64,000 nucleotides of DNA. Origin: Eledone cirrhosa (Eukaryota). Made by a program: the position numbers and the translations under genes. The stretch lies in contig OZ024744.1 in NCBI GenBank assembly GCA_964016885.1, forward strand, positions 47,306,001 to 47,370,000. Reading direction: 5' to 3'. Numbering within the stretch: position 1 is the stretch's first letter; every line of letters starts with the position of its first letter. Positions 39,090-53,000 of the stretch are shown piece after piece. Below the pieces are notes generated by a model. It searched no databases and was not told the origin of the DNA. It worked only from the letters and a program-made list of their open reading frames with translations.

Positions 39090-42000
39090 CACTTTACAGT
39101 GTGGGCTGGGTGCTTTTTGCTGTGTCTTTCACATGTCCACTTTACAGTGTGGGCTGGGTGCTTTTTGCTGTGTCTTTCACATGTCCACTTTATAGTGTGG
39201 GCTGGGTGCTTTTTGCTGTGTCTTTCACATGTCCACTTTACAATGTGGGTTGGGTGCTTTTTGCTGTGTCTTTCACATGTCCACTTTACAGTGTGGGCTG
39301 GGTGCTTTTTGCTGTGTCTTTCACATATCCACTTTACAGTGTGGGCTGGGTGCTTTTTGCTGAGTCTTTCACACGTCCACTTTACAGTGTGGGCTGGGTG
39401 CTTTTTGCTGTGTCTTTCACGCGTCCACTTTACAGTGTGGGCTGGGTGCTTTTTGCTGTGTCTTTCACATGTCCACTTTACAATGTGGGCTGGGTGCTTT
39501 TTGCTGTGTCTTTCACATCTCCACTTTACAGTGTGGGCTGGGTGCTTCTTGCAGTGTCTTTCACACGTCCACTTTACAGTGTGGGCTGGGTGCTTATTGC
39601 TGTGTCTTTCACATGTCCACTATACAGTGTGGGCTGGGTGCTTTTTGCTGTGTCTTTCACATGTCCACTTTATAGTGTGGGCTGGGTGCTTTTTGCAGTG
39701 TCTTTCACACGTCCACTCTACAGTGTGGGCTGGGTGCTTTTTGCTGTGTCTTTCACGTGTCCACTTTACAATGTGGGCTGGGTTCTTTTTGCTGTGTCTT
39801 TCACATGTCCACTTTACAGTGTGGGCTGGGTGCTTTTTGCTGTGTCTTTCACATGGCCACTTTACAGTGTGGGCTGGGTGCTTTTTGCTGTGTCTTTCAC
39901 ATGTCCACTTTACAATGTGAGCTGGGTGCTTTTTGCTGTGTCTTTCACATGTCCACTTTACAGTGTGGGCTGGGTGCTTGTTGCTGTGTCTTTCTCACGT
40001 CCACTTTACAGTGTGGGCTGGGTGCTTTTTGCTGTGTCTTTCACATGTCCACTTTACAGTGTGGGCTAGGTGCTTTTTTCAGTGTCTTTCACACGTCCAC
40101 TTTACATTGTGGGCTGGGTGCTTGTTGCTGTGTCTTTCTCACGTCCACTTTACAGTGAGGGCTGGGTGCTTTTTGCTGTGTCTTTCACATGTCCACTTTA
40201 CAGTGTGGGCTGGGTGCTTTTTTCAGTGTCTTTCACATGTCCACTTTACAGTGTGGGCTGGGCGCTTTTTGAAGTGTCTTTCAAACGTCAACTTTACAGT
40301 GTGGGCTGGGTGCTTTTTACTGTGTCTTTCACATGTCCACTTTACAGTGTGGGCTGTGTGCTTGTTGCTGTGTCTTTCTTCCGTCCACTTTACAGTGTGG
40401 GCTGGGTGCTTGTTGCTGTGTCTTTCACATGTCCACTTTACAGTGTGGGCTGGGTGCTTTTTTCAGTGTCTTTCACACGTCCACTTTACAGTGTGGGCTG
40501 GGTGCTTGTTGCTGTGTCTTTCTCACGTCCACTTTACATTGTGGGCTGGGTGCTTTTTGCTGTGTCTTTCACATGTCCAGTTTACAGTGTGGGCTGGGTG
40601 CTTTTTTCAGTGTCTTTCACACGTCCACTTTACAGTGTGGGCTGGGTGCATGTTGCTGTGTCTTTCTCACGTCCACTTTACAGTGTGGGCTGGGTGCTTT
40701 TTGCTGTGTCTTTCACATGTCCACTTTACAGTGTGGGCTGGGTGCTTTTTTCAGTGTCTTTCACATGTCCACTTTACAGTGTGGGCTGGGTGCTTTTTGC
40801 TGTGTCTTTCACATGTCCACTTTACAATGTGGGCTGTGTGCTTTTTGCTGTGTCTTTCACATGTCCACTTTACAATGTGGGCTGGGTGCTTTTTGCTGTG
40901 TCTTTCACATGTCCACTTTACAGTGTGGGCTGGGTGCTTTTTGCTGTGTCTTTCACATGTCCACTTCACAGTGTGGGCTGGGTGCTTTTTGCTGTGTGTT
41001 TCACATGTCCACTTTACAGTGTGGGCTGGGTGCTTTTTGCTGTGTCTTTCACATCTCCACTTTACAGTGTGGGCTGTGTGCTTTTTGCTGTGTGTTTCAC
41101 ATGTCCACTTTACAGTGTGGGCTGGGTGCTTTTTGCTGTGTCTTTCACATGTCCACTTTACAATGTGGGCTGGGTGCTTTTTGCTGTGTCTTTCACATGT
41201 CCACTTTACAATGTGGGCTGGGTGCTTTTTGCTGTGTCTTTCACATGTCCACTTTACAGTGTGGGCTGGGTGCTTTTTGCTGTGTCTTTCACATGTCCAC
41301 TTCACAGTGTGGGCTGGGTGCTTTTTGCTGTGTCTTTCACACGTCCACTTTACAGTTTGGGCTGGTTGCTTTTTGCTGTGTCTTTCACATGTCCACTTTA
41401 CAGTGTGGGCTGGGTGCTTTTTGCTGTGTCTTTCACATGTCCACTTTACAGTGTGGGCTGGGTGCTTTTTGCTGTGTCTTTCACATGTCCACTTTACAGT
41501 GTGGGCTGGGTGCTTTTTGCTGTGTCTTTCACATGTCCACTTTACAATGTGGGCTGGGTGATTTTTGCTGTGTCTTTCACATGTCCACTTTACAGTGTGG
41601 GGTGGGTGCTTTTTGCAGTGTCTTTCACACGTCCACTTTACAGTGTGGGCTGGGTGCTTTTTGTTGTATCTTTCTCACGTCCACTTTACAGTGTGGGCTG
41701 GGTGCTTTTTGCTGTGTCTTTCACATGTCCACTTTACAGTGTGGGCTGGGTACTTTTTGCTGTGTCTTTCACATGTCCACTTTACAGTGTGGGCTGGGTG
41801 CTTTTTGCTGTGTCTTTCACATGTCCACTTCACAGTGTGGGCTGGGTGCTTTTTGCTGTGTCTTTCACATGTCCACTTTACAGTGTGGGCTGGGTGCTTT
41901 TTGCTGTGTCTTTCATATGTCCACTTTACAGTGTGGGCTGGGTGCTTTTTGTTGTGTCTTTCACATGTCCACTTTACAGTGTGGGCTGGGTGCTTTTTGC

Positions 42001-45000
42001 TGTGTCTTTCACATGTCCACTTTACAATGTGGGCTGGGTGCTTTTTGCTGTGTCTTTCACATGTCCACTTTACAATGTGGGCTGGGTGATTTTTGCTGTG
42101 TCTTTCACATGTCCACTTTACAGTGTGGGCTGGGTGCTTTTCGCTGTGTCTTTCACATGTCCACTTTACAGTGTGGGCTGGGTGCTTTTTGCTGTGTCTT
42201 TCACATGTCCACTTTACAGTGTGGGGTGGGTGCTTTTTGCAGTGTCTTTCACACGTCCACTTTACAGTGTGGGCTGGGTGCTTTTTGCTGTGTCTTTCAC
42301 ATGTCCACTTTACAGTGTGGGCTGGGTGCTTTTTGCTGTGTCTTTCACATGTCCACTTCACAGTGTGGGCTGGGTACTTTTTGCTGTGTCTTTCACACGT
42401 CCACTTTACAGTTTGGGCTGGGTGCTTTTTGCTGTGTCTTTCACATGTCCACTTTACAGTGTGGGCTGGGTGCTTTTTGCCGTGTCATTCACATGTCCAC
42501 TTTACAGTGTGGGCTGGGTGCTTTTTGCTGTGTCTTTCACATGTCCACTTTATAGTGTGGGCTGGGTGCTTTTTGCTGTGTCTTTCACATGTCCACTTTA
42601 CAATGTGGGCTGGGTGCTTTTTGCTGTGTCTTTCACATGTCCACTCTATAGTGTGGGCTGGGTGCTTTTTGCAGTGTCTTTCACACGTCCACTTTACAGT
42701 GTGGGCTGGGTGCTTTTTGCTGTGTCTTTCACATGTCCACTTTACAATGTGGACTGGGTGCTTTTTGCTGTGTCTTTCACATGTCCACTTTACAGTGTGG
42801 GGTGTGTGCTTCTTGCAGTGTCTTTCACACGTCCACTTTACAGTGTGGGCTGGGTGCTTTTTGCTGTGTCTTTCACATGTCCACTTTACAGTGTGGGCTG
42901 GGTGCTTTTTGCTGTGTCTTTCACATGTCCACTTTACAGTGTGGGCTGGGTGCTTTTTGCTGTGTCTTTCACATGTCCACTTTACAGTGTGGGCTGGGTG
43001 CTTTTTTCAGTGTCTTTCACATGTCCACTTTACAGTGTGGGCTGGGTGCTTTTTGCTGTGTCTTTCACATGTCCACTTTACAGTGTGGGCTGGGTGCTTT
43101 TTGCTGTGTCTTTCACATGTCCACTTCACAGTGTGGGCTGGGTGCTTTTTGCTGTGTCTTTCACATGTCCACTTTACAGTGTGGGCTGGGTGCTTTTTGC
43201 TGTGTCTTTCACATGTCCACTTTACAGTGTGGGCTGTGTGCTTTTTGCTGTGTCTTTCACATGTCCACTTTACAGTGTGGGCTGGGTGCTTTTTGCTGTG
43301 TCTTTCACATGTCCACTTTACAATGTGGGCTGGGTGCTTTTTGCTGTGTCTTTCACATGTCCACTTTACAATGTGGGCTGGGTGCTTTTTGCTGTGTCTT
43401 TCACATGTCCACTTTACAGTGTGGGCTGGGTGCTTTTTGCTGTGTCTTTCACATGTCCACTTCACAGTGTGGGCTGGGTACTTTTTGCTGTGTCTTTCAC
43501 ACGTCCACTTTACAGTTTGGGCTGGGTGCTTTTTGCTGTGTCTTTCACATGTCCACTTTACAGTGTGGGCTGGGTGCTTTTTGCTGTCATTCACATGTCC
43601 ACTTTACAGTGTGGGCTGGGTGCTTTTTGCTGTGTCTTTCACATGTCCACTTTATAGTGTGGGCTGGGTGCTTTTTGCTGTGTCTTTCACATGTCCACTT
43701 TACAATGTGGGCTGGGTGCTTTTTGCTGTGTCTTTCACATGTCCACTCTATAGTGTGGGCTGGGTGCTTTTTGCAGTGTCTTTCACACGTCCACTTTACA
43801 GTGTGGGCTGGGTGCTTTTTGCTGTGTCTTTCACATGTCCACTTTACAATGTGGACTGGGTGCTTTTTGCTGTGTCTTTCACATGTCCACTTTACAGTGT
43901 GGGGTGTGTGCTTCTTGCAGTGTCTTTCACACGTCCACTTTACAGTGTGGGCTGGGTGCTTTTTGCTGTGTCTTTCACATGTCCACTTTACAGTGTGGGC
44001 TGGGTGCTTTTTGCTGTGTCTTTCACATATCCACTTTACAGTGTGGGCTGGGTGCTTTTTGCTGAGTCTTTCACACGTCCACTTTACAGTGTGGGCTGGG
44101 TGCTTTTGCTGTGTCTTTCACACGTCCACTTTACAGTGTGGACTGGGTGCTTTTTGCTGTGTCTTTCAAATGTCCACTTTACAATGTGGGCTGGGTGCTT
44201 TTTGCTGTGTCTTTCACATGTCCACTTTACAGTGTGGGCTGGATGCTTCTTGCAGTGTCTTTCACACGTCCACTTTACAGTGTGGGCTGGGTGCTTTTTG
44301 CTGTGTCTTTCACATGTCCACTTTATAGTGTGGGCTGGGTGCTTTTTGCAGTGTCTTTCACACGTCCACTTTACAGTGTGGGCTGGGTGCTTTTTGCTGT
44401 GTCTTTCACATGTCCACTTTACAGTGTGGGCTGGGTGCTTTTTGCTGTGTCTTTCACATGTCCACTTTATAGTGTGGGCTGGGTGCTTTTTGCTGTGTCT
44501 TTCACATGTCCACTTTACAATGTGGGTTGGGTGCTTTTTGCTGTGTCTTTCACATGTCCACTTTACAGTGTGGGCTGGGTGCTTTTTGCTGTGTCTTTCA
44601 CATATCCACTTTACAGTGTGGGCTGGGTGCTTTTTGCTGAGTCTTTCACACGTCCACTTTACAGTGTGGGCTGGGTGCTTTTTGCTGTGTCTTTCACGCG
44701 TCCACTTTACAGTGTGGGCTGGGTGCTTTTTGCTGTGTCTTTCACATGTCCACTTTACAATGTGGGCTGGGTGCTTTTTGCTGTGTCTTTCACATCTCCA
44801 CTTTACAGTGTGGGCTGGGTGCTTCTTGCAGTGTCTTTCACACGTCCACTTTACAGTGTGGGCTGGGTGCTTATTGCTGTGTCTTTCACATGTCCACTAT
44901 ACAGTGTGGGCTGGGTGCTTTTTGCTGTGTCTTTCACATGTCCACTTTATAGTGTGGGCTGGGTGCTTTTTGCAGTGTCTTTCACACGTCCACTCTACAG

Positions 45001-48000
45001 TGTGGGCTGGGTGCTTTTTGCTGTGTCTTTCACGTGTCCACTTTACAATGTGGGCTGGGTTCTTTTTGCTGTGTCTTTCACATGTCCACTTTACAGTGTG
45101 GGCTGGGTGCTTTTTGCTGTGTCTTTCACATGGCCACTTTACAGTGTGGGCTGGGTGCTTTTTGCTGTGTCTTTCACATGTCCACTTTACAATGTGAGCT
45201 GGGTGCTTTTTGCTGTGTCTTTCACATGTCCACTTTACAGTGTGGGCTGGGTGCTTGTTGCTGTGTCTTTCTCACGTCCACTTTACAGTGTGGGCTGGGT
45301 GCTTTTTGCTGTGTCTTTCACATGTCCACTTTACAGTGTGGGCTAGGTGCTTTTTTCAGTGTCTTTCACACGTCCACTTTACATTGTGGGCTGGGTGCTT
45401 GTTGCTGTGTCTTTCTCACGTCCACTTTACAGTGAGGGCTGGGTGCTTTTTGCTGTGTCTTTCACATGTCCACTTTACAGTGTGGGCTGGGTGCTTTTTT
45501 CAGTGTCTTTCACATGTCCACTTTACAGTGTGGGCTGGGCGCTTTTTGAAGTGTCTTTCAAACGTCAACTTTACAGTGTGGGCTGGGTGCTTTTTACTGT
45601 GTCTTTCACATGTCCACTTTACAGTGTGGGCTGTGTGCTTGTTGCTGTGTCTTTCTTCCGTCCACTTTACAGTGTGGGCTGGGTGCTTGTTGCTGTGTCT
45701 TTCACATGTCCACTTTACAGTGTGGGCTGGGTGCTTTTTTCAGTGTCTTTCACACGTCCACTTTACAGTGTGGGCTGGGTGCTTGTTGCTGTGTCTTTCT
45801 CACGTCCACTTTACATTGTGGGCTGGGTGCTTTTTGCTGTGTCTTTCACATGTCCAGTTTACAGTGTGGGCTGGGTGCTTTTTTCAGTGTCTTTCACACG
45901 TCCACTTTACAGTGTGGGCTGGGTGCATGTTGCTGTGTCTTTCTCACGTCCACTTTACAGTGTGGGCTGGGTGCTTTTTGCTGTGTCTTTCACATGTCCA
46001 CTTTACAGTGTGGGCTGGGTGCTTTTTTCAGTGTCTTTCACATGTCCACTTTACAGTGTGGGCTGGGTGCTTTTTGCTGTGTCTTTCACATGTCCACTTT
46101 ACAATGTGGGCTGTGTGCTTTTTGCTGTGTCTTTCACATGTCCACTTTACAATGTGGGCTGGGTGCTTTTTGCTGTGTCTTTCACATGTCCACTTTACAG
46201 TGTGGGCTGGGTGCTTTTTGCTGTGTCTTTCACATGTCCACTTCACAGTGTGGGCTGGGTGCTTTTTGCTGTGTGTTTCACATGTCCACTTTACAGTGTG
46301 GGCTGGGTGCTTTTTGCTGTGTCTTTCACATCTCCACTTTACAGTGTGGGCTGTGTGCTTTTTGCTGTGTGTTTCACATGTCCACTTTACAGTGTGGGCT
46401 GGGTGCTTTTTGCTGTGTCTTTCACATGTCCACTTTACAATGTGGGCTGGGTGCTTTTTGCTGTGTCTTTCACATGTCCACTTTACAATGTGGGCTGGGT
46501 GCTTTTTGCTGTGTCTTTCACATGTCCACTTTACAGTGTGGGCTGGGTGCTTTTTGCTGTGTCTTTCACATGTCCACTTCACAGTGTGGGCTGGGTGCTT
46601 TTTGCTGTGTCTTTCACACGTCCACTTTACAGTTTGGGCTGGTTGCTTTTTGCTGTGTCTTTCACATGTCCACTTTACAGTGTGGGCTGGGTGCTTTTTG
46701 CTGTGTCTTTCACATGTCCACTTTACAGTGTGGGCTGGGTGCTTTTTGCTGTGTCTTTCACATGTCCACTTTACAGTGTGGGCTGGGTGCTTTTTGCTGT
46801 GTCTTTCACATGTCCACTTTACAATGTGGGCTGGGTGATTTTTGCTGTGTCTTTCACATGTCCACTTTACAGTGTGGGGTGGGTGCTTTTTGCAGTGTCT
46901 TTCACACGTCCACTTTACAGTGTGGGCTGGGTGCTTTTTGTTGTATCTTTCTCACGTCCACTTTACAGTGTGGGCTGGGTGCTTTTTGCTGTGTCTTTCA
47001 CATGTCCACTTTACAGTGTGGGCTGGGTACTTTTTGCTGTGTCTTTCACATGTCCACTTTACAGTGTGGGCTGGGTGCTTTTTGCTGTGTCTTTCACATG
47101 TCCACTTCACAGTGTGGGCTGGGTGCTTTTTGCTGTGTCTTTCACATGTCCACTTTACAGTGTGGGCTGGGTGCTTTTTGCTGTGTCTTTCATATGTCCA
47201 CTTTACAGTGTGGGCTGGGTGCTTTTTGTTGTGTCTTTCACATGTCCACTTTACAGTGTGGGCTGGGTGCTTTTTGCTGTGTCTTTCACATGTCCACTTT
47301 ACAATGTGGGCTGGGTGCTTTTTGCTGTGTCTTTCACATGTCCACTTTACAATGTGGGCTGGGTGATTTTTGCTGTGTCTTTCACATGTCCACTTTACAG
47401 TGTGGGCTGGGTGCTTTTCGCTGTGTCTTTCACATGTCCACTTTACAGTGTGGGCTGGGTGCTTTTTGCTGTGTCTTTCACATGTCCACTTTACAGTGTG
47501 GGGTGGGTGCTTTTTGCAGTGTCTTTCACACGTCCACTTTACAGTGTGGGCTGGGTGCTTTTTGCTGTGTCTTTCACATGTCCACTTTACAGTGTGGGCT
47601 GGGTGCTTTTTGCTGTGTCTTTCACATGTCCACTTCACAGTGTGGGCTGGGTACTTTTTGCTGTGTCTTTCACACGTCCACTTTACAGTTTGGGCTGGGT
47701 GCTTTTTGCTGTGTCTTTCACATGTCCACTTTACAGTGTGGGCTGGGTGCTTTTTGCCGTGTCATTCACATGTCCACTTTACAGTGTGGGCTGGGTGCTT
47801 TTTGCTGTGTCTTTCACATGTCCACTTTATAGTGTGGGCTGGGTGCTTTTTGCTGTGTCTTTCACATGTCCACTTTACAATGTGGGCTGGGTGCTTTTTG
47901 CTGTGTCTTTCACATGTCCACTCTATAGTGTGGGCTGGGTGCTTTTTGCAGTGTCTTTCACACGTCCACTTTACAGTGTGGGCTGGGTGCTTTTTGCTGT

Positions 48001-49690
48001 GTCTTTCACATGTCCACTTTACAATGTGGACTGGGTGCTTTTTGCTGTGTCTTTCACATGTCCACTTTACAGTGTGGGGTGTGTGCTTCTTGCAGTGTCT
48101 TTCACACGTCCACTTTACAGTGTGGGCTGGGTGCTTTTTGCTGTGTCTTTCACATGTCCACTTTACAGTGTGGGCTGGGTGCTTTTTGCTGTGTCTTTCA
48201 CATGTCCACTTTACAGTGTGGGCTGGGTGCTTTTTGCTGTGTCTTTCACATGTCCACTTTACAGTGTGGGCTGGGTGCTTTTTTCAGTGTCTTTCACATG
48301 TCCACTTTACAGTGTGGGCTGGGTGCTTTTTGCTGTGTCTTTCACATGTCCACTTTACAGTGTGGGCTGGGTGCTTTTTGCTGTGTCTTTCACATGTCCA
48401 CTTCACAGTGTGGGCTGGGTGCTTTTTGCTGTGTCTTTCACATGTCCACTTTACAGTGTGGGCTGGGTGCTTTTTGCTGTGTCTTTCACATGTCCACTTT
48501 ACAGTGTGGGCTGTGTGCTTTTTGCTGTGTCTTTCACATGTCCACTTTACAGTGTGGGCTGGGTGCTTTTTGCTGTGTCTTTCACATGTCCACTTTACAA
48601 TGTGGGCTGGGTGCTTTTTGCTGTGTCTTTCACATGTCCACTTTACAATGTGGGCTGGGTGCTTTTTGCTGTGTCTTTCACATGTCCACTTTACAGTGTG
48701 GGCTGGGTGCTTTTTGCTGTGTCTTTCACATGTCCACTTCACAGTGTGGGCTGGGTACTTTTTGCTGTGTCTTTCACACGTCCACTTTACAGTTTGGGCT
48801 GGGTGCTTTTTGCTGTGTCTTTCACATGTCCACTTTACAGTGTGGGCTGGGTGCTTTTTGCTGTCATTCACATGTCCACTTTACAGTGTGGGCTGGGTGC
48901 TTTTTGCTGTGTCTTTCACATGTCCACTTTATAGTGTGGGCTGGGTGCTTTTTGCTGTGTCTTTCACATGTCCACTTTACAATGTGGGCTGGGTGCTTTT
49001 TGCTGTGTCTTTCACATGTCCACTCTATAGTGTGGGCTGGGTGCTTTTTGCAGTGTCTTTCACACGTCCACTTTACAGTGTGGGCTGGGTGCTTTTTGCT
49101 GTGTCTTTCACATGTCCACTTTACAATGTGGACTGGGTGCTTTTTGCTGTGTCTTTCACATGTCCACTTTACAGTGTGGGGTGTGTGCTTCTTGCAGTGT
49201 CTTTCACACGTCCACTTTACAGTGTGGGCTGGGTGCTTTTTGCTGTGTCTTTCACATGTCCACTTTACAGTGTGGGCTGGGTGCTTTTTGCTGTGTCTTT
49301 CACATATCCACTTTACAGTGTGGGCTGGGTGCTTTTTGCTGAGTCTTTCACACGTCCACTTTACAGTGTGGGCTGGGTGCTTTTGCTGTGTCTTTCACAC
49401 GTCCACTTTACAGTGTGGACTGGGTGCTTTTTGCTGTGTCTTTCAAATGTCCACTTTACAATGTGGGCTGGGTGCTTTTTGCTGTGTCTTTCACATGTCC
49501 ACTTTACAGTGTGGGCTGGATGCTTCTTGCAGTGTCTTTCACACGTCCACTTTACAGTGTGGGCTGGGTGCTTTTTGCTGTGTCTTTCACATGTCCACTT
49601 TATAGTGTGGGCTGGGTGCTTTTTGCAGTGTCTTTCACACGTCCACTTTACAGTGTGGGCTGGGTGCTTTTTGCTGTGTCTTTCACATGT
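39090..49690. repeat. Direct tandem duplication of 5,277 bp (110 monomers - 3 nt), junction near 44365
   Basis: ORF pairs 40070..43657 / 45347..48934, 40333..42555 / 45610..47832 and 42733..44328 / 48010..49605 have matching lengths and translations. The 2-nt deletion at ~43587/48864 and the 1-nt deletion at ~44104/49381 are both copied. Confidence 0.95.
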
Positions 49691-50099
49691 CCACTTTACA
49701 ATGTGGGCTGGGTGCTTTTTGCTGTGTCTTTCACATGTCCACTTTACAATGTGGGCTGTGTGCTTCTTGCAGTGTCTTTCACACGTCCACTTTACAGTGT
49801 GGGCTGGGTGCTTTTTGCTGTGTCTTTCACATGTCCACTTTACAGTGTGGGCTGGGTGCTTTTTGCTGTGTCTTTCACATGTCCACTTTACAGCGTGGGC
49901 TGGGTGCTTCTTGCTGTGTCTTTCTCACGTCCACTTTACAGTGTGGGCTGGGTGCTTTTTGCTGTGTCTTTCACATGTCCACTTTACAGTGTGGGCTGGG
50001 TGCTAGGTTGCTGTGTCTTTCTCACGTCCACTTTACAGTGTGGGCTGGGTGCTTTTTGCTGTGTCTTTCACATGTCCACTTTACAGTGCGGGCTAGGTG

Positions 50100-53000
50100 C
50101 TTTTTTCAGTGTCTTTCACACGTCCACTTTACATTGTGGGCTGGGTGCTTCTTGCTGTGTCTTTCTCACGTCCACTTTACAGTGTGGGCTGGGTGCTTTT
50201 TGCTGTGTCTTTCACATGTCCACTTTACAGTGTGGGCTGGGTGCTTTTTTCAGTGTCTTTCACATGTCCACTTTACAGCGTGGGTTGGGCGCTTTTTGCA
50301 GTGTCTTTCAAACGTCAACTTTACAGTGTGGGCTGGGTGCTTTTTACTGTGTCTTTCACATGTCCACTTTACAGTGTGGGCTGTGTGCTTGTTGCTGTGT
50401 CTTTCTCACGTCCACTTTACAGTGTGGGCTGGGTGCTTTTTGCTGTGTCTTTCACATGTCCACTTTACAGTGTGGGCTGAGTGCTTTTTTCAGTGTCTTT
50501 CACACGTCCACTTTACAGTGTGGGCTGGGTGCTTTTTGTTGTGTCTTTCTCACGTCCACTTTACAGTGTGGGCTGGGTGCTTTTTGCTGTGTCTTTCACA
50601 TGTCCACTTTACAGTGTGGGCTGGGTGATTTTTGCTGTGTCTTTCACATGTCCACTTTACAGTGTCGGCTGGGTGCTTTTTGCTGTGTCTTTCACGTTTC
50701 CACTTCACAGTGTGGGCTGGGTGCTTTTTGCTGTGTCTTTCACATGTCCACTTTACAGTGTGGGCTGGGTGCTTTTTGCTGTGTCTTTCACATGTCCACT
50801 TTACAGTGTGGGCTGGGTGCTTTTTGCTGTGTCTTTCACATGTCCACTTTACAGTGTGGGCTGGGTGCTTTTTGCTGTGTCTTTCACATGTTCACTTTAC
50901 AATGTGGGCTGGGTGCTTTTTGCTGTGTCTTTCACATGTCCACTTTACAATGTGGGCTGGGTGCTTTTTGCTGTGTCTTTCACATGTCCACTTTACAGTG
51001 TGGGCTGGGTGCTTTTTGCTTTGTCTTTCACATGTCCACTTTACAGTGTGGGCTGGGTGCTTTTTGCAGTGTCTTTCACACGTCCACTTTACAGTGTGGG
51101 CTGGGTGCTTTTTGTTGTGTCTTTCACATGTCCACTTTACAGTGTGGGCTGTGTGCTTTTTGCAGTGTCTTTCATACGTCAACTTTACAGTGTGGGCTGG
51201 GTGCTTTTTGCTGTGTCTTTCACATGTCCACTTTACAGTGTGGGCTGGGTGCTTTTTGCTGTGTCTTTCATATGTCCACTTTACAGTGTGGGCTGGGTGC
51301 TTTTTTCAGTGTCTTTCACATGTCCACTTCACGGTGTGGGCGGGCTAATTTTTGCTGTGTCTTTCACATGTCCACTTTACAATGTGGGCTGGGTGCTTTT
51401 TGCTGTATCTTTCAAATGTCCACTTTACAATGTGGGCTGGGTGCTTTTTGCTGTGTCTTTCACATGTCCACTTTACAGTGTGGGCTGGATGCTTCTTGCA
51501 GTGTCTTTCACACGTCCACTTTACATTGTGGGCTGGGTGCTTGTTGCTGTGTCTTTCTCACGTCCACTTTACAGTGTGGGCTGGGTGCTTTTTGCTGTGT
51601 CTTTCACATGTCCACTTTACAGTGTGGGTTGGGTGCTTTTTTCAGTGTCTTTCACATGTCCACTTTACAGTGTGGGCTGGGCGCTTTTTGCAGTGTCTTT
51701 CAAACTTCAACTTTACAGTGTGGGCTGGGTGCTTTTTACTGTGTCTTTCACATGTCCACTTTACAGTGTGGGCTGTGTGCTTGTTGCTGTGTCTTTCTCA
51801 CGTCCACTTTACAGTGTGGGCTGGGTGCCTTTTGCTGTGTCTTTCACATGTCCACTTTACAGTGTGGGCTGGGTGCTTTTTTCAGTGTCTTTCACACGTC
51901 CACTTTACAGTGTGGGCTGGGTGCTTTTTGTTGTATCTTTCTCACGTCCACTTTACAGTGTGGGCTGGGTGCTTTTTGCTGTGTCTTTCACATGTCCACT
52001 TTACAGTGTGGGCTGGGTGCTTTTTGCTGTGTCTTTCACATGTCCACTTCACAGTGTGGGCTGGGTGCTTTTTGCTGTGTCTTTCACATGTCCACTTTAC
52101 AGTGTGGGCTGGGTGCTTTTTGCTGTGTCTTTCATATGTCCACTTTACAGTGTGGGCTGGGTGCTTTTTGCTGTGTCTTTCACATGTCCACTTTACATTG
52201 TGGGCTGGGTGCTTTTCGCTGTGTCTTTCACATGTCCACTTTACAGTGTGGGCTGGGTGCTTTTTGCTGTGTCTTTCACATGTCCACTTTACAGTGTGGG
52301 GTGGGTGCTTTTTGCAGTGTCTTTCACACGTCCACTTTACAGTGTGGGCTGGGTGCTTTTTGCTGTGTCTTTCACATGTCCACTTTACAGTGTGGGCTGT
52401 GTGCTTTTTGCAGTGTCTTTCACACGTCAACTTTACAGTGTGGGCTGGGTGCTTTTTGCTGTATCTTTCAAATGTCCACTTTACAATGTGGGCTGGGTGC
52501 TTTTTGCTGTGTCTTTCACATGTCCACTTTACAGTGTGGGCTGGATGCTTCTTGCAGTGTCTTTCACACGTCCACTTTACATTGTGGGCTGGGTGCTTGT
52601 TGCTGTGTCTTTCTCACGTCCACTTTACAGTGTGGGCTGGGTGCTTTTTGCTGTGTCTTTCACATGTCCACTTTACAGTGTGGGCTGGGTGCTTTTTTCA
52701 GTGTCTTTCACATGTCCACTTTACAGTGTGGGCTGGGCGCTTTTTGCAGTGTCTTTCAAACTTCAACTTTACAGTGTGGGCTGGGTGCTTTTTACTGTGT
52801 CTTTCACATGTCCACTTTACAGTGTGGGCTGTGTGCTTGTTGCTGTGTCTTTCTCACGTCCACTTTACAGTGTGGGCTGGGTGCTTTTTGCTGTGTCTTT
52901 CACATGTCCACTTTACAGTGTGGGCACGGTGCTTTTTTCAGTGTCTTTCACATGTCCACTTTACAGTGTGGGCTGGGTGCTTTTTGCTGTGTCTTTCACA

